From assembly GCA_040219255.1 (NCBI GenBank), contig JAVJSW010000069.1, positions 1-64,000 of the forward strand: a stretch of 64,000 nt of DNA, read 5' to 3'. Below the pieces are notes generated by a model. It saw only the letters and a list, made by a program, of their open reading frames with translations, had not been told where the DNA came from and searched no databases. Shown here piece after piece: positions 37,254 through 47,750 of this stretch. The stretch is from Sumerlaeia bacterium (GTDB lineage Bacteria; Sumerlaeota; Sumerlaeia; SLMS01; JAHLLQ01). Both the position numbers and the translations under genes were made by a program. Positions within the stretch are counted from its first letter, which is position 1; each line of letters opens with the position of its first letter.

Positions 37254-37913
37254 TTAGCCCTTCAGGGCTTCCGCCCGGCGGGCGGCCACGTCGAACACTT
37301 CGCCGCGGAACACCCAGACTTTGACGCCGATCACACCGTACTTGGTGCTGGCTTCGGCGAAGCCGTAATCGATGTCGGCGCGCAGCGTGTGGAGCGGAAC
37401 GCGGCCCTCGCGATACCACTCGCGGCGGGCCATTTCCGCGCCACCGAGGCGGCCGGCGCAGAAGATTTTGCAACCCAGAGCGCCCGCTTTCATCACGTTC
37501 TGCACGGTGCGCTTCATGGCCCGGCGGAAACTGATGCGGCGCATCAATTGGTTGGCGACGTTCTCGGCGACGAGCTGGGCGTCGAGGTCGGGGCGCTTGA
37601 TTTCCTCGATGTTGATGATGACGGGCTTGCCCGTCAGCGTCTGCATGTCGGTGCGCAGTTTTTCGATCTCCGCGCCCTTCTTGCCGATAATGATACCGGG
37701 GCGGGCGGTGTGGATCGTCACCTTGGTACGCTTGGCGGCGCGCTCGACTTCGGTTTTGGACACGCCGGCGTGCATGAAGCGGTTCTTGATGAGACCGCGG
37801 ATTTTGAGATCCTCGTGAAGCGTTTCACGATACTTGTCCGGCGAGAACCAGCGGCTTTGCCAGTCGTTGATGACCCCAAGGCGGAATCCGAGCGGATGAA
37901 CTTTCTGACCCAA
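37254..37913 (-). CDS. rpsC: 30S ribosomal protein S3
   Basis: [26 protein letters not shown]. Confidence 0.98.
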   Translation of the reverse strand: MGQKVHPLGFRLGVINDWQSRWFSPDKYRETLHEDLKIRGLIKNRFMHAGVSKTEVERAAKRTKVTIHTARPGIIIGKKGAEIEKLRTDMQTLTGKPVIINIEEIKRPDLDAQLVAENVANQLMRRISFRRAMKRTVQNVMKAGALGCKIFCAGRLGGAEMARREWYREGRVPLHTLRADIDYGFAEASTKYGVIGVKVWVFRGEVFDVAARRAEALKG

Positions 37914-37973
37914 GACGGTAACTCCTGTTCTCTCAGCGAAAAACGTTTCAGTCGGTCGAGCGGTTGCGTCGCG

Positions 37974-38375
37974 TTACGGGTTGGTGAGCGTCAGGTGGAT
38001 GTGCGACAAGCGCTTGCGGACGCGCACCGCACGGCCCATGGAGGCCGGACGGATGCGTTTCATCATCGGGCCCGATTCGACGCGGATGTCGCCGATGACC
38101 AGATCGTAAGGATCGGGGGCGACGTTGGCTGCGTTGGCGACGGCCGAGCGGAGAATTTTCTCCACGTGCGGCACCGCCGAAGGTTTATGGGTGAACTGGA
38201 GGATTTCGAGGGCCTCGTCCACCGACTTGTTGCGAATCAGTTCGGCAACCAGAGCCAGCTTGCGCGGGCCCGAGCGAACGAACCGGGCGGTCGCTTTCGA
38301 GACGACCTCACGGCCGTCGGGCGTTAACTGCGGCAGCTCTTTGCGCCGGGCTTTCATTTGGCTTCGCCTACCCAT
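37974..38375 (-). CDS. rplV: 50S ribosomal protein L22
   Basis: SGPRKLALVA, SAVANA, GRAVRVRKRLSHI. Confidence 0.97.
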   Translation of the reverse strand: MGRRSQMKARRKELPQLTPDGREVVSKATARFVRSGPRKLALVAELIRNKSVDEALEILQFTHKPSAVPHVEKILRSAVANAANVAPDPYDLVIGDIRVESGPMMKRIRPASMGRAVRVRKRLSHIHLTLTNP

Positions 38376-38420
38376 GTCTCACGAGTCCTTTCCGGAATTC
38401 AATCACGTCGGAAGAAGAGG

Positions 38421-38705
38421 TTAGCGGACGCTGCGTCCGGACTTCTTGTCGGCCGCGTGGCCCTTGTAGGTCCGCGTCGGAGCGAACTCGCCGAGCTTAT
38501 GGCCGATCATCTGCTCATTGATGTAGACCGGGACGAAGCCCTTGCCATTGTGCACGGCAATCGTGTGACCGATCATCTCGGGGATGATCATGGAGCGCCG
38601 GGACCAGGTTTTGATCAGGCGCTTCTGATTGGACTCGTTGAGAGCGATCACTTTATCGATGAGATGGCCGTCGACGAACGGGCCTTTTCTGAGTGAGCGA
38701 GGCAT
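38421..38705 (-). CDS. rpsS: 30S ribosomal protein S19
   Basis: [19 protein letters not shown]. Confidence 0.98.
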   Translation of the reverse strand: MPRSLRKGPFVDGHLIDKVIALNESNQKRLIKTWSRRSMIIPEMIGHTIAVHNGKGFVPVYINEQMIGHKLGEFAPTRTYKGHAADKKSGRSVR

Positions 38706-38722
38706 AATTTTGTCCTAGTCCC

Positions 38723-39550
38723 TTACTTCTTGCGGCGCTTGACGATGTACTTGTTCGAGAGCTTCTTGTTCTTGCGGGTCTTCTTGCCTTTGGCAATCTG
38801 GCCCCAGGGAGAACAGGGGTGACGTCCGCCGGAGGTCTTGCCTTCACCGCCGCCCATCGGGTGATCGACGGGGTTCATGGAGACGCCGCGGTTGTGCGGG
38901 CGGCGACCCAGCCAGCGAGAGCGGCCCGCTTTGCCGATCACGATCAGGTTGTGATCGGGATTGCTGGTCGATCCCACGGTGGCGCGGCACTCGACGGGAA
39001 TCATGCGCATTTCGCCGGAGGGCAGTTTGATGGTGGCCATCTTGCCTTCGCGGGCGACGAGCTGAGCCGCGGTGCCGGCGCTGCGGCAAATCTGTGCCCC
39101 CTTGCCGGGACGAAGTTCGATCGCGTGGATCGTCGTACCGACCGGGATGTTCGCCAGGGGCAGGCAGTTGCCCAGGCGGGAGTCGGCTGCGGGACCGTTC
39201 ATAATGGTCTGGCCGACTTCGATGCCGCGGGGAGCGATGATGTAGCGCTTCTCGCCGTCGGCATAGAACAGCAGAGCGATGAACGCCGAGCGGTTCGGAT
39301 CGTACTCGATCGACTTCACCGTGGCGGGGATGCCGTCCTTGGTGCGCTTGAAGTCGATAATGCGGTATTGCTTCTTATGGCCGCCGCCGCGGAAGCGGCT
39401 GGTGGTGCGGCCCAGATTGTTCCGGCCACCGGTGCGGTGTTTCTTTTCGAGCAACGACTTCTCGGGCTGATCGGTCGTGATCTCCGCGAAGGAGTTCACG
39501 GTCATCGTGCGGCGAGAGGGCGTAGTGGGTTTGAATTTGCGAATGCCCAT
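38723..39550 (-). CDS. rplB: 50S ribosomal protein L2
   Basis: [20 protein letters not shown]. Confidence 0.98.
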   Translation of the reverse strand: MGIRKFKPTTPSRRTMTVNSFAEITTDQPEKSLLEKKHRTGGRNNLGRTTSRFRGGGHKKQYRIIDFKRTKDGIPATVKSIEYDPNRSAFIALLFYADGEKRYIIAPRGIEVGQTIMNGPAADSRLGNCLPLANIPVGTTIHAIELRPGKGAQICRSAGTAAQLVAREGKMATIKLPSGEMRMIPVECRATVGSTSNPDHNLIVIGKAGRSRWLGRRPHNRGVSMNPVDHPMGGGEGKTSGGRHPCSPWGQIAKGKKTRKNKKLSNKYIVKRRKK

Positions 39551-39611
39551 GGGTCTCTCAATCCTCGGTTTCGGTGAGGTCCTTAGTAGGTGCTAACGTC
39601 TTCGGCCCGGT

Positions 39612-39896
39612 TTAGGCCAGCTCGAGGGACTGACCCTCGGCGAGCGTGATGACGGCTTTTTTCACGTCCGGTTTTTTGCCGATGCCGTAGCGGGTCCGGC
39701 GGCTCTTGCCCTTGGTCTTCACGGTGTTCACGCTGACGACTTTGACGCCGAAGGCTTCTTCGATGGCGCTGCGGACGTCGTTCTTGGAGGCGTCGATGGC
39801 GACCTTGAAGGTGAACTTGTTGTCTTCCTGGCCGCGGAGGGCGCGTTCCGTGATGATGGGCCGCACGAGGACGTCGTAGGGATTCTTGTTCGTCAT
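39612..39896 (-). CDS. rplW: 50S ribosomal protein L23
   Basis: RPIITE, KKAVITL. Confidence 0.97.
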   Translation of the reverse strand: MTNKNPYDVLVRPIITERALRGQEDNKFTFKVAIDASKNDVRSAIEEAFGVKVVSVNTVKTKGKSRRTRYGIGKKPDVKKAVITLAEGQSLELA

Positions 39897-40522
39897 TGGA
39901 AAGTCTCCTGAACGAATTCGGCGGCGTCTTTGGTCATCACGACCGCGTCGGCGATGAGGAGGTCGTAGATGCTGATCGCGTTGGCCACGGCGACGTCCAC
40001 ATAGGGGAGGTTGCGGGCCGAGCGGAGCAGCGATGCGTTGCTCTCCTTCGTGACGATGAGGACGCGCTGGCCGTCGATTCCGAGTTTGCCGAGGAAATCG
40101 ACGACACGGCGGGTCTTGGGCTCCTGAGTGAAGTCCAGACTATCGACCACATGCAGGGCGCCATCGGTGGCGCGAGCGGAGAGGACGGAACGGAAGGCCA
40201 AGCGGCGCTTCTTTTTGTTCGTCTTCTCGCGGTAGTCGCGGGGCTGAGGGCCGAAAATGATCGCGCCACCGCGCCACTGGGCGGACCGGATCGAGCCTTG
40301 GCGGGCGCGGCCGGTGCCTTTTTGCTTCCAGGGCTTGCGTCCACCGCCGCTGACCATACCGCGGGTTTTGGTGGAGTGGGTTCCCTGGCGCTGATTCGCC
40401 ATGAAGGCGTTGAGCATTTCGCGCACGACCACTTCATTGGGTTCGGCGGCGAAAACGGAGTCCGCGAGGTCGATGCTTCCCGCTTCACTTCCCGTCATTG
40501 TTTTGAGAGTTACCTGTGGCAT
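39893..40522 (-). CDS. rplD: 50S ribosomal protein L4
   Basis: KPWKQKGTGRARQGS. Confidence 0.98.
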   Translation of the reverse strand: MPQVTLKTMTGSEAGSIDLADSVFAAEPNEVVVREMLNAFMANQRQGTHSTKTRGMVSGGGRKPWKQKGTGRARQGSIRSAQWRGGAIIFGPQPRDYREKTNKKKRRLAFRSVLSARATDGALHVVDSLDFTQEPKTRRVVDFLGKLGIDGQRVLIVTKESNASLLRSARNLPYVDVAVANAISIYDLLIADAVVMTKDAAEFVQETFQ

Positions 40523-40583
40523 GTCTCGTTATCCTGCCTCGGTCGTCGGTTTCTTCGCTTCGGGTTGAGCCGGTGGGCTGCTG

Positions 40584-41243
40584 TCAGGCAGCCTTGGCGC
40601 GCTTGAGTTCTTTGCCGGTGAGAGGGCGTTTGCGGATCATCACGTAGGCGTTGTTGGGCCCTGGAATGGAGCCGCGGACAAAGAGCAGATTGCGCTCGGC
40701 GTCGCGCTTCACAATTTCCAGTTTCGTGACGGTGACGCGAACGTTGCCGTACTGACCGGGCATTTTCTTGCGCTTCCAGACGCGGGATGGATCGGAGGAC
40801 GCACCGTTGGAGCCGGGGCGGTTGTGGTACATGGAGCCGTGCGTTTCAGGACCGCGAGCGGTGCCGTAGCGCTTTTTCGTGCCCTGGAAGCCACGGCCTT
40901 TGCTGGTGCCGATGACATCGACCCGCTCGCCGTCTTCGAAGACGGATACGTCGAGGGTCTCGCCCACTTTGATGCCTTCCGCGTCATCGCCGCGGAATTC
41001 GCGGACGAAGTAGCAGGGAGGAACCTCGGCCGCCAGGAAGCGTCCGAGTTCGGGCTTGTTGGCCCGGCTTTCCTTTTTCTCATCGAAACCGACCTGGACG
41101 GCGGTGTAGCCGTCCTTTTCGATTTCGCGCTTCTGGATGACGTAGCATGGCCCTGCTTGAATGAGGGTCACGGGGATCAGGGCTCCGTTTTCGTCGAAGA
41201 CCTGGGTCATCCCAATTTTTTTGCCAAGAAGTCCCAAAGGCAT
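40584..41243 (-). CDS. rplC: 50S ribosomal protein L3
   Basis: GKKIGMTQ, SKGRGFQG, KKMPG. Confidence 0.98.
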   Translation of the reverse strand: MPLGLLGKKIGMTQVFDENGALIPVTLIQAGPCYVIQKREIEKDGYTAVQVGFDEKKESRANKPELGRFLAAEVPPCYFVREFRGDDAEGIKVGETLDVSVFEDGERVDVIGTSKGRGFQGTKKRYGTARGPETHGSMYHNRPGSNGASSDPSRVWKRKKMPGQYGNVRVTVTKLEIVKRDAERNLLFVRGSIPGPNNAYVMIRKRPLTGKELKRAKAA

Positions 41244-41324
41244 TACGCTTTACCTCGCTATGCTGTGCTCGTGTCCGCGGGTTCCATCGTGATCGTTGAA
41301 GCAAGAGGCCTGGTGGGGCCGAAC

Positions 41325-41636
41325 TTACGTCAGTTTGATTTCGACGTGAACGCCTGCCGGGAGTTCGAGGTTTTGAAGCTCGTCGAGAGTCTTTTGTGAA
41401 GGGTCGATCAAATCCACGAGCCGTTTGTGCTGGCGCATTTCGAACTGCTCGCGGGACTTCTTGTCCACGTGAGGGGACCGCAGAACCGTATACTTGCGGA
41501 TGCGGGTCGGAAGGGGGATCGGTCCAGCGACCGTGGCACCGGTCTGCCGGGCCGTATCCACAATAGACGTCACCGAAGTGTCAAGCAATCGGTGGTCGAA
41601 CGAGCGAAGATTGATTCGTATGATCTGACGCGCCAT
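41325..41636 (-). CDS. rpsJ: 30S ribosomal protein S10
   Basis: [21 protein letters not shown]. Confidence 0.98.
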   Translation of the reverse strand: MARQIIRINLRSFDHRLLDTSVTSIVDTARQTGATVAGPIPLPTRIRKYTVLRSPHVDKKSREQFEMRQHKRLVDLIDPSQKTLDELQNLELPAGVHVEIKLT

Positions 41637-41689
41637 GGTGTCCTCGAAAAGTCAGTCGTTCCCTGTGCTGGCACTCTAGCCCGCGAGGC

Positions 41690-41728
41690 ATAAAGGAAGG
41701 GGGTAGCGTTAGGGCGCTACCCCCTGCC
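41690..41728 (-). terminator. Terminator-like hairpin between tuf and rpsJ
   Basis: GGGGGTAGCG/CGCTACCCCC 10-bp stem followed on the minus strand by TTCCTTTAT. Confidence 0.6.
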
Positions 41729-41743
41729 TGGTGAGATTGCGGT

Positions 41744-42943
41744 TTACTCGATGATGTCCGTCACGACGCCGGCACCGACGGTGCGGCCGCCTTCGCGGAT
41801 GGCGAAGCGCAGTTCTTTTTCGATGGCGATCGGGGTGATGAGTTCCACTTCGAAGGCGATGTTATCGCCCGGCATGACCATCTCGACGCCTTCGGGGAGG
41901 AGCACAGCGCCGGTCACGTCCGTTGTACGGAAGTAGAACTGCGGGCGGTAACCCTTGAAGAACGGAGTGTGACGGCCGCCTTCGTCTTTGCCGAGGATGT
42001 AGACGGACGCTTTGAACTTCTTGTGGGGCTTGATGGTGCCGCTTTGGGCGATGACCATGCCGCGCTCCACGTCTTCCTTCTGGATGCCGCGCATCAGAAG
42101 GCCGACGTTGTCGCCAGCCTGAGCGTTGTCCAGAAGTTTACGGAACATTTCGATGTCCGTGACGGTGGTCTTGCGGGTGTCGCGGATGCCGATGATTTCG
42201 ACTTCCTGCATTTTGTTGAGGACACCGCGCTCGACACGGCCGGTAACGACGGTGCCGCGGCCGGAGATGGAGAACACGTCTTCCACCGGCATGAGGAAGG
42301 GCTTGTCGGTGGCGCGCTCGGGCTCGGGGATCCAGGTATCGACGGCTTCCATGAGGCGTTCGACGGATTCGGTGCCGTACTGGCCGCTTTCGCCGTTGAG
42401 GGCCTGGAGAGCGGAGCCGCGGATGATGGGAGCGTCGCCCTGATCGCCACCGCTGAAACCGTGGGTTTCGAGCAGTTCGGCGACTTCCATTTCGACGAGT
42501 TCGAGGAGTTCCTCGTCATCGACCATGTCGCACTTGTTGAGGAAGACGACGATGCGGGGGACGTTCACCTGCTTGGCAAGGAGGACGTGCTCGCGGGTCT
42601 GAGGCATGGGGCCATCGGTGGCGGCGACCACCAGGATGGCGCCGTCCATCTGAGCCGCGCCGGTGATCATGTTCTTGATATAGTCGGCGTGACCGGGGCA
42701 GTCCACGTGAGCGTAGTGGCGCTTTTCGGTCTGGTATTCGACGTGGGCGGTATTGATGGTGATACCACGCTCGCGCTCCTCGGGAGCCTTGTCGATATTC
42801 GAGAAATCCGTCAGGTCGGCCAGGCCCTTGTCGGCCTGGACCTTCGAGATAGCCGCCGTCAGCGTGGTCTTGCCGTGGTCAATGTGGCCGATGGTGCCAA
42901 CGTTGACGTGCGGTTTGTCGCGCTTGAATACTTCCTTAGCCAT
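41744..42943 (-). CDS. tuf: Elongation factor Tu
   Basis: [31 protein letters not shown]. Confidence 0.99.
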   Translation of the reverse strand: MAKEVFKRDKPHVNVGTIGHIDHGKTTLTAAISKVQADKGLADLTDFSNIDKAPEERERGITINTAHVEYQTEKRHYAHVDCPGHADYIKNMITGAAQMDGAILVVAATDGPMPQTREHVLLAKQVNVPRIVVFLNKCDMVDDEELLELVEMEVAELLETHGFSGGDQGDAPIIRGSALQALNGESGQYGTESVERLMEAVDTWIPEPERATDKPFLMPVEDVFSISGRGTVVTGRVERGVLNKMQEVEIIGIRDTRKTTVTDIEMFRKLLDNAQAGDNVGLLMRGIQKEDVERGMVIAQSGTIKPHKKFKASVYILGKDEGGRHTPFFKGYRPQFYFRTTDVTGAVLLPEGVEMVMPGDNIAFEVELITPIAIEKELRFAIREGGRTVGAGVVTDIIE

Positions 42944-43028
42944 GATGGCCTCCGAGTGAGTTTAAATCGGGACTGGCGGTCTGATATCTAGCCGCGATCC
43001 TCTTCCCGAGCGATTCGCACAAAATTTC

Positions 43029-43208
43029 GCGGCTTTTACTGACCTCGCGGTTTCTCCGGATGGAGACCTGCGAGGACGGGAGACAAGCTCCCGTAAAGCC
43101 GCAACAAACCCTATTGTACTGGAAACAGATGGGGAAAAACACCGGCGGACCTCGGAGGCCACGAACGGTGAAGCGGAAAGTCGCCCTCGCTTTCCTTATG
43201 TTTCCAGT
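43029..43208. promoter_or_regulatory. Structured non-coding region upstream of tuf (candidate leader or ncRNA)
   Basis: Nested stems: 43029-36/43095-102 enclosing hairpins 43043-75 and 43076-94; 10-bp stem 43118-27/43199-208. Confidence 0.45.
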
Positions 43209-43306
43209 GCGATGCCTTGGCCGTTTCGGGCTTTGGCTGTCACGGGGAGGGACACCGTAACTCGCGAGACTCTTCGGCGAGGCAGCAGCCCGTCGAGGAG
43301 CGTGAG

Positions 43307-43335
43307 AAGGTAGGAATGCGGGGCGCTGGAGTCAA
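43307..43335 (-). promoter_or_regulatory. Sigma70-type promoter for the tuf/ribosomal cluster
   Basis: TTGACT-17 nt-TACCTT on the minus strand. Confidence 0.6.
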
Positions 43336-43473
43336 GGGCTATTTGCCGCTCTTTTCCACAACCTCGGAAGCTTTCATGCCTTCTCTGGCCAACCCTTGCG
43401 TTCGCGAAGGGATGGGCAGCGTATGCACCCCGCCCTGGAATGCAAGTGCTATCTTTCCATTTCGAGTGGTTTT

Positions 43474-45141
43474 TTACGGCGCCTTCGCCCTGGGTGCGGC
43501 AGTCTGGCCCGCGAGGGCCCGGTTCAATCCGGCCTGGGCCTCCGGGAGACCCGGCAGGGCGGCGAGAATGGAGCGGTAGAGGGCTTCCGCCTCGGCGTGG
43601 TTGCCCTGTGCCAGGGCGAGTTCCCCGTAGACCATGAGGACCGTGAAGGAGCCCTCGTGCGGGCCTTGGAGGGCCTCGAGCACGAAGGCGTGAGCTTGGT
43701 CCTGGCGGCCCATGGCGATGAGCGCCTGTGCCCGGACGGAGACGGCCCGGCTGTCCACGCGGGGGTTGTAGGGGTGGAGGTCGAAGTAGGGGTAATCTTC
43801 GAGGATCGTGAGGGCTTGCTGGGGCTTCCCCTGACGCAGCAGAGCGTTGGCGTAGTTCACGCGGGCGTCGCGGGGTTCGGGGTTGATACGGTATTCTTCA
43901 CGCCAGAGGGCGAAATCGTCGTTCCACACCAAGGTTCGCTGGATAGACAGAACGATCCAAAGGGCAGCGGCGAGCCCGATGCCTGCGAACAGCCAATTGC
44001 GCTTCGGATGCGCGGTTGCCAACTGGAAGGCCACACCGGTCAAGAGCGCGACTCCGGCCATCGGCCCGTAGAGAAAGCGCACAGCCATCCATTGCATCAT
44101 GGGAACGATGTTGGTGTAGGGGAAGAATGCCACCAGAATCCAGAACAGAGCGAAGGCGGCAACCGTCCGTTTCTTGACGAGCGCAAAGACAGCAGCTCCC
44201 ACGAGGGTGAGGACGAGCAGCAGACCGAGAATGGAAAGGGGATCGGCGGGCGGGGAGGGCTGGATATGAGTGAAGAAGAGCGGAAGCCGGAAGGGCCAGA
44301 GCACAAATCCGGCATAGCGGGCGTAGACTTCGAACATTGTCCACTGGGTTGCGAGGAACGAGCCGCCTAAAGAGGTCTCGAGCTGTGCCGTTGTGCCGAT
44401 AACCGCATCCCGAGCCAGAAGGAACAAGAGCGTGGCCGTGCCCACGGCGGACCCAAGAATGACCATCCGTTTGAAGGACGGAGGGGCGGTGCCGGCCATC
44501 CGGGCCTGGCAAATCCATCCGGCCACCATGAGAGGGCCCGCCATGACCGCCCACTCTTTGCTCAGCATCGCCGCGACCGCCAATACAAAGGCCGAGGCCG
44601 CGGACTTCCACCGCTCGCCCAAGGCGAAAAAGACGGCCCAAAGAGTCATCGCAACGGACATCAGGCCGTCGCGCTCCTTGACCCAGACCACGGATTCGCT
44701 CTGAACCGGGTGGATGGCAAAGAGGAGGGCCGCGATGAACGCTGCGGTCGGCCTGAGACCAATTCGCCTGCCGAGAGCGAAAACTCCCCCGATCGCCATG
44801 CCATGCCACAGCAGATTGTGCAGGTGATACCACCAGGCGCCGAGTCCGGCGATTCGATAGTCCATCCAAAACGAGAGATTCCTGAGGGGACGCCAGATGG
44901 GATGCTGATGCACGCCCGCATTCTGAGCCCGGCGCTCGGTCAAAAGAGGCCACAAACCATCGATTTCATGGACGTATGTGTTTCGGACGACAAAATCATG
45001 ATCGTCGTAAACGAACCCATTTCGCAGCGACAGCCCGAACGCCAGCCATCCCAGGATCACCGCGATGGCGACGCAGGCGGCTGGGGACAGGTGGGTGAAC
45101 GAGCGGGTGAGTTGGGAGGGCTCGGCTGGAGAAGGCGTCAC
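43474..45141 (-). CDS. TMTC-like membrane glycosyltransferase (GT-C fold) with C-terminal TPRs
   Basis: GFVYDD, WRPL, YHLHNLLWH, HPVQSESVVW, LSKE, RFLYGP, W..D..LW, then TPRs. Confidence 0.8.
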   Translation of the reverse strand: MTPSPAEPSQLTRSFTHLSPAACVAIAVILGWLAFGLSLRNGFVYDDHDFVVRNTYVHEIDGLWPLLTERRAQNAGVHQHPIWRPLRNLSFWMDYRIAGLGAWWYHLHNLLWHGMAIGGVFALGRRIGLRPTAAFIAALLFAIHPVQSESVVWVKERDGLMSVAMTLWAVFFALGERWKSAASAFVLAVAAMLSKEWAVMAGPLMVAGWICQARMAGTAPPSFKRMVILGSAVGTATLLFLLARDAVIGTTAQLETSLGGSFLATQWTMFEVYARYAGFVLWPFRLPLFFTHIQPSPPADPLSILGLLLVLTLVGAAVFALVKKRTVAAFALFWILVAFFPYTNIVPMMQWMAVRFLYGPMAGVALLTGVAFQLATAHPKRNWLFAGIGLAAALWIVLSIQRTLVWNDDFALWREEYRINPEPRDARVNYANALLRQGKPQQALTILEDYPYFDLHPYNPRVDSRAVSVRAQALIAMGRQDQAHAFVLEALQGPHEGSFTVLMVYGELALAQGNHAEAEALYRSILAALPGLPEAQAGLNRALAGQTAAPRAKAP

Positions 45142-46862
45142 GGAGCGGCCCCCGCGGTGCCGTTGCCGCGCGGGTCGGCGGCTCCAGAGAGGGGGTGGCT
45201 CTGGCGCGCGTCGTCGATAATGGCGGTGGCGTTGCTCCAGGCGGGTTCCTGAACCACGGTGTGGCCCATCCCTTCGAGGATCCGGATCGTATCGGGTGAG
45301 AAGCCCCCCCGCTCCATCTTGATTTCATCGGGCAGCCATTGATGATGGAAGCGGGGCGCGGCCACGGCGGCGGACACATCCATGTGATGGTCGGCCAGGT
45401 TGACGACGATCTGCAAGACCGTGGTGATGATGCGCGAACCGCCGGGGCTGCCCATCACACCGATCAGTTCGCCATTGTGGCCAAAGACCATCGTGGGCGT
45501 CATGGAGGAGAGGGGGATCTTGCCCGCCGCGATGGCGTTGGCTTCCGAGCCGACGAGCCCATAGAGGTTTGGCACGCCGGGCTTTGCGGCGAAATCGTCC
45601 ATCGTGTTGTTCAGGAGAATGCCGAAGCCCGGAACGGTGACGCCGCTGCCGAAGCTGGAGTTGATGCTGCTGGTCATGGAGACCGCGTTGCCGTCTTCGT
45701 CGATCACGCAGAGGTGGGTGGTGTTGTCGCCCTCGGCGGGTGAATAAGCGGCGAGGCCGGGATGGACCTCGGAGCTGGGCGTGGCGCGTTCCGGGTCGAT
45801 CTGGGCGCGCAGGTGCCGGGCGTAGTCCTTCGATGTGAGCTCGGCCACGGGCACATCGCTGAAAGCGGGATCGCCCAGGTACTCGGCGCGGTCGGCGTAG
45901 GCGCGGCGTTCGACCTCGGCCATCAGGTGGATCAGTTCGGCGGAGCCAAAGCCCATGGCCCCCAGGTCGTCGCCCTCTAGCATGTTGAGCATCTGGATCA
46001 GGTGAACGCCGCCGCTGCTGGGCGGGGGCATGGCCATGACGGTGCCGCCGCGATAGGTGCCGGAGACGGGTTCGCGCACCGTGACGTTGTAGCGGGCGAG
46101 ATCGGCGCGGGTGACGGCGCCGGCGCCGCGCTCCATCTCCGCGATCAGGGCGTCCGCGATGGGTCCATCGTAGAACGCGGGGGCGCCGTACTGGCCGATC
46201 CAGTAGAGGGCGGCGGCCTGATCGGGCTGGGGCAGGAGGGAGCCCAACCCGGGCACCGAGCCATCGGGGTTGAGGAAGATGCGCCGGGTCTCGGGGTGGG
46301 CGGCCAGATGATCGCGCAGGGAGGTCAGCTTGGCGTGCATGACCTCGTCCACCGGCACGCCGACGTTGGCGGTCTGGAGCGCGGGATCGACCAGCGTGCG
46401 CAGGGAGAGCCGGCCGTAGCGCTCGGCGAGAAAGGCGAGGCCGGCGACCTGGCCCGGGACGGCGACAGCGCGGTGACCCTTCAGGCTGGCCTCGGAAATC
46501 ACATCGCCGTTGTCATCCAGGTAGAAATCGGGTCCGGCGGCGGCGGGGGCTGTCTCGCGAAAATCGATGGCCAACGTCGCGCCCGACTCGGCCAGGTGCA
46601 CCAGCGCGAACCCTCCCCCGCCGAGGCCCGACCCATAGGGCTCGGCGACGCCGAGCGCAAACGCCGCGGCCACGGCGGCGTCGACGGCGTTGCCGCCCCG
46701 GGCGAGCATCTCCAGCCCGGCCTCGGTGGCGAGCGGGTGGGCGGTGACGACCATGGCGTCGCGGGCGGAAGTGGGGCGCGGGGCGGCGGCGTGGGCGAGG
46801 CTGGCGCTGAACGCGCAAGTCAAGAAGGCACAAAGCAAGAAGGCGGGCCGAAGGGTGCTCAT
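45138..46862 (-). CDS. ggt: Gamma-glutamyltranspeptidase (secreted)
   Basis: GGNAVDAA, DFRETAP, PPPSSGG, nucleophile NTTH, PLSSMTP, GSPGGSRI; signal peptide. Confidence 0.95.
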   Translation of the reverse strand: MSTLRPAFLLCAFLTCAFSASLAHAAAPRPTSARDAMVVTAHPLATEAGLEMLARGGNAVDAAVAAAFALGVAEPYGSGLGGGGFALVHLAESGATLAIDFRETAPAAAGPDFYLDDNGDVISEASLKGHRAVAVPGQVAGLAFLAERYGRLSLRTLVDPALQTANVGVPVDEVMHAKLTSLRDHLAAHPETRRIFLNPDGSVPGLGSLLPQPDQAAALYWIGQYGAPAFYDGPIADALIAEMERGAGAVTRADLARYNVTVREPVSGTYRGGTVMAMPPPSSGGVHLIQMLNMLEGDDLGAMGFGSAELIHLMAEVERRAYADRAEYLGDPAFSDVPVAELTSKDYARHLRAQIDPERATPSSEVHPGLAAYSPAEGDNTTHLCVIDEDGNAVSMTSSINSSFGSGVTVPGFGILLNNTMDDFAAKPGVPNLYGLVGSEANAIAAGKIPLSSMTPTMVFGHNGELIGVMGSPGGSRIITTVLQIVVNLADHHMDVSAAVAAPRFHHQWLPDEIKMERGGFSPDTIRILEGMGHTVVQEPAWSNATAIIDDARQSHPLSGAADPRGNGTAGAAP

Positions 46863-46946
46863 GGGTGGGGTTCTCCTGGGTGATTGGTCAGGATCCAAGC
46901 ACGGGCGCGGCGGGGCCGCAAGGGGGAGGGGGGCTTCGTTGAACCG

Positions 46947-47732
46947 TCAGCCCTCTCTCGCCTCGCACACGATCCGCAGGGCGATGTCCTTATGCGACTT
47001 GAGCCATTTGGAAAGGAAGTGCAAACCGGAAACGATGACAATACCCGAGAGAACTGAGGCGAAGATGTGGCCGAGGACCCCAAGGGGTGAGATGATTCCA
47101 AATAGCAAAATTGAAGCAATGACCAAGAGAATGCCACATACGGAAACCACGATAAGCCCAGCGCCATACGCTGTGGCGACTACCGAAAAGACATCGCGAA
47201 CGCCAAATCTCCCACGTCTCATCCAAATATAGAACAATCTTGGCATCGCGAACCAGTTCGCGAACAAGAGACAGCGGCCAAAGCAATAAACACAGACAGC
47301 AATCATCAACAAGATGCTAAGAGGATAATCCCGGAATCCAGCCAAGACAACAATGCACAGATAACCGCCAGCGCAATAGCTGTAAATTTTCAACTCCAAA
47401 TCGAACGCCGCCTCCAGGCAGGACATCATGAAGATTTCGCGATCGACGGGAGTCACGCGCAGTTCTTCCCAGAGGCTGTGCTTCGTAAGACCCCGATAGA
47501 CGGGTGCCAGAATGATGCCTGTCCACACGCAGTGCAACAGCGACGTGGGGAGAACCCACAGCAGCATGGATACAAACCGGGGATAAGTCCCGGTGAAAAC
47601 GATGACCGATCCCAGCAGCCAGACAATTGTGACCCCACCATTCAACTTCCAATCCCAACGGCCAAGGCCAATGAGGAGAGGGTTGGGACCATCGGTCGTC
47701 GGAGTGGTTTCTATAGCTGGAGGGGTATCCAT
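46947..47732 (-). CDS. Low-GC multi-pass membrane hypothetical protein
   Basis: About 6 TM; DGPNPLLIGLGRWDW start; LWEELRVTPVD. Confidence 0.7.
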   Translation of the reverse strand: MDTPPAIETTPTTDGPNPLLIGLGRWDWKLNGGVTIVWLLGSVIVFTGTYPRFVSMLLWVLPTSLLHCVWTGIILAPVYRGLTKHSLWEELRVTPVDREIFMMSCLEAAFDLELKIYSYCAGGYLCIVVLAGFRDYPLSILLMIAVCVYCFGRCLLFANWFAMPRLFYIWMRRGRFGVRDVFSVVATAYGAGLIVVSVCGILLVIASILLFGIISPLGVLGHIFASVLSGIVIVSGLHFLSKWLKSHKDIALRIVCEAREG

Positions 47733-47750
47733 GGGTGCCTCATCTGGATT

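Noticed and set aside
42944-43470. tRNA, RNase P, SRP or tmRNA upstream of tuf
   Set aside because: No cloverleaf/TTCGA arm; GGAAAGTC is only a partial RNase P-like match lacking the rest of the consensus.
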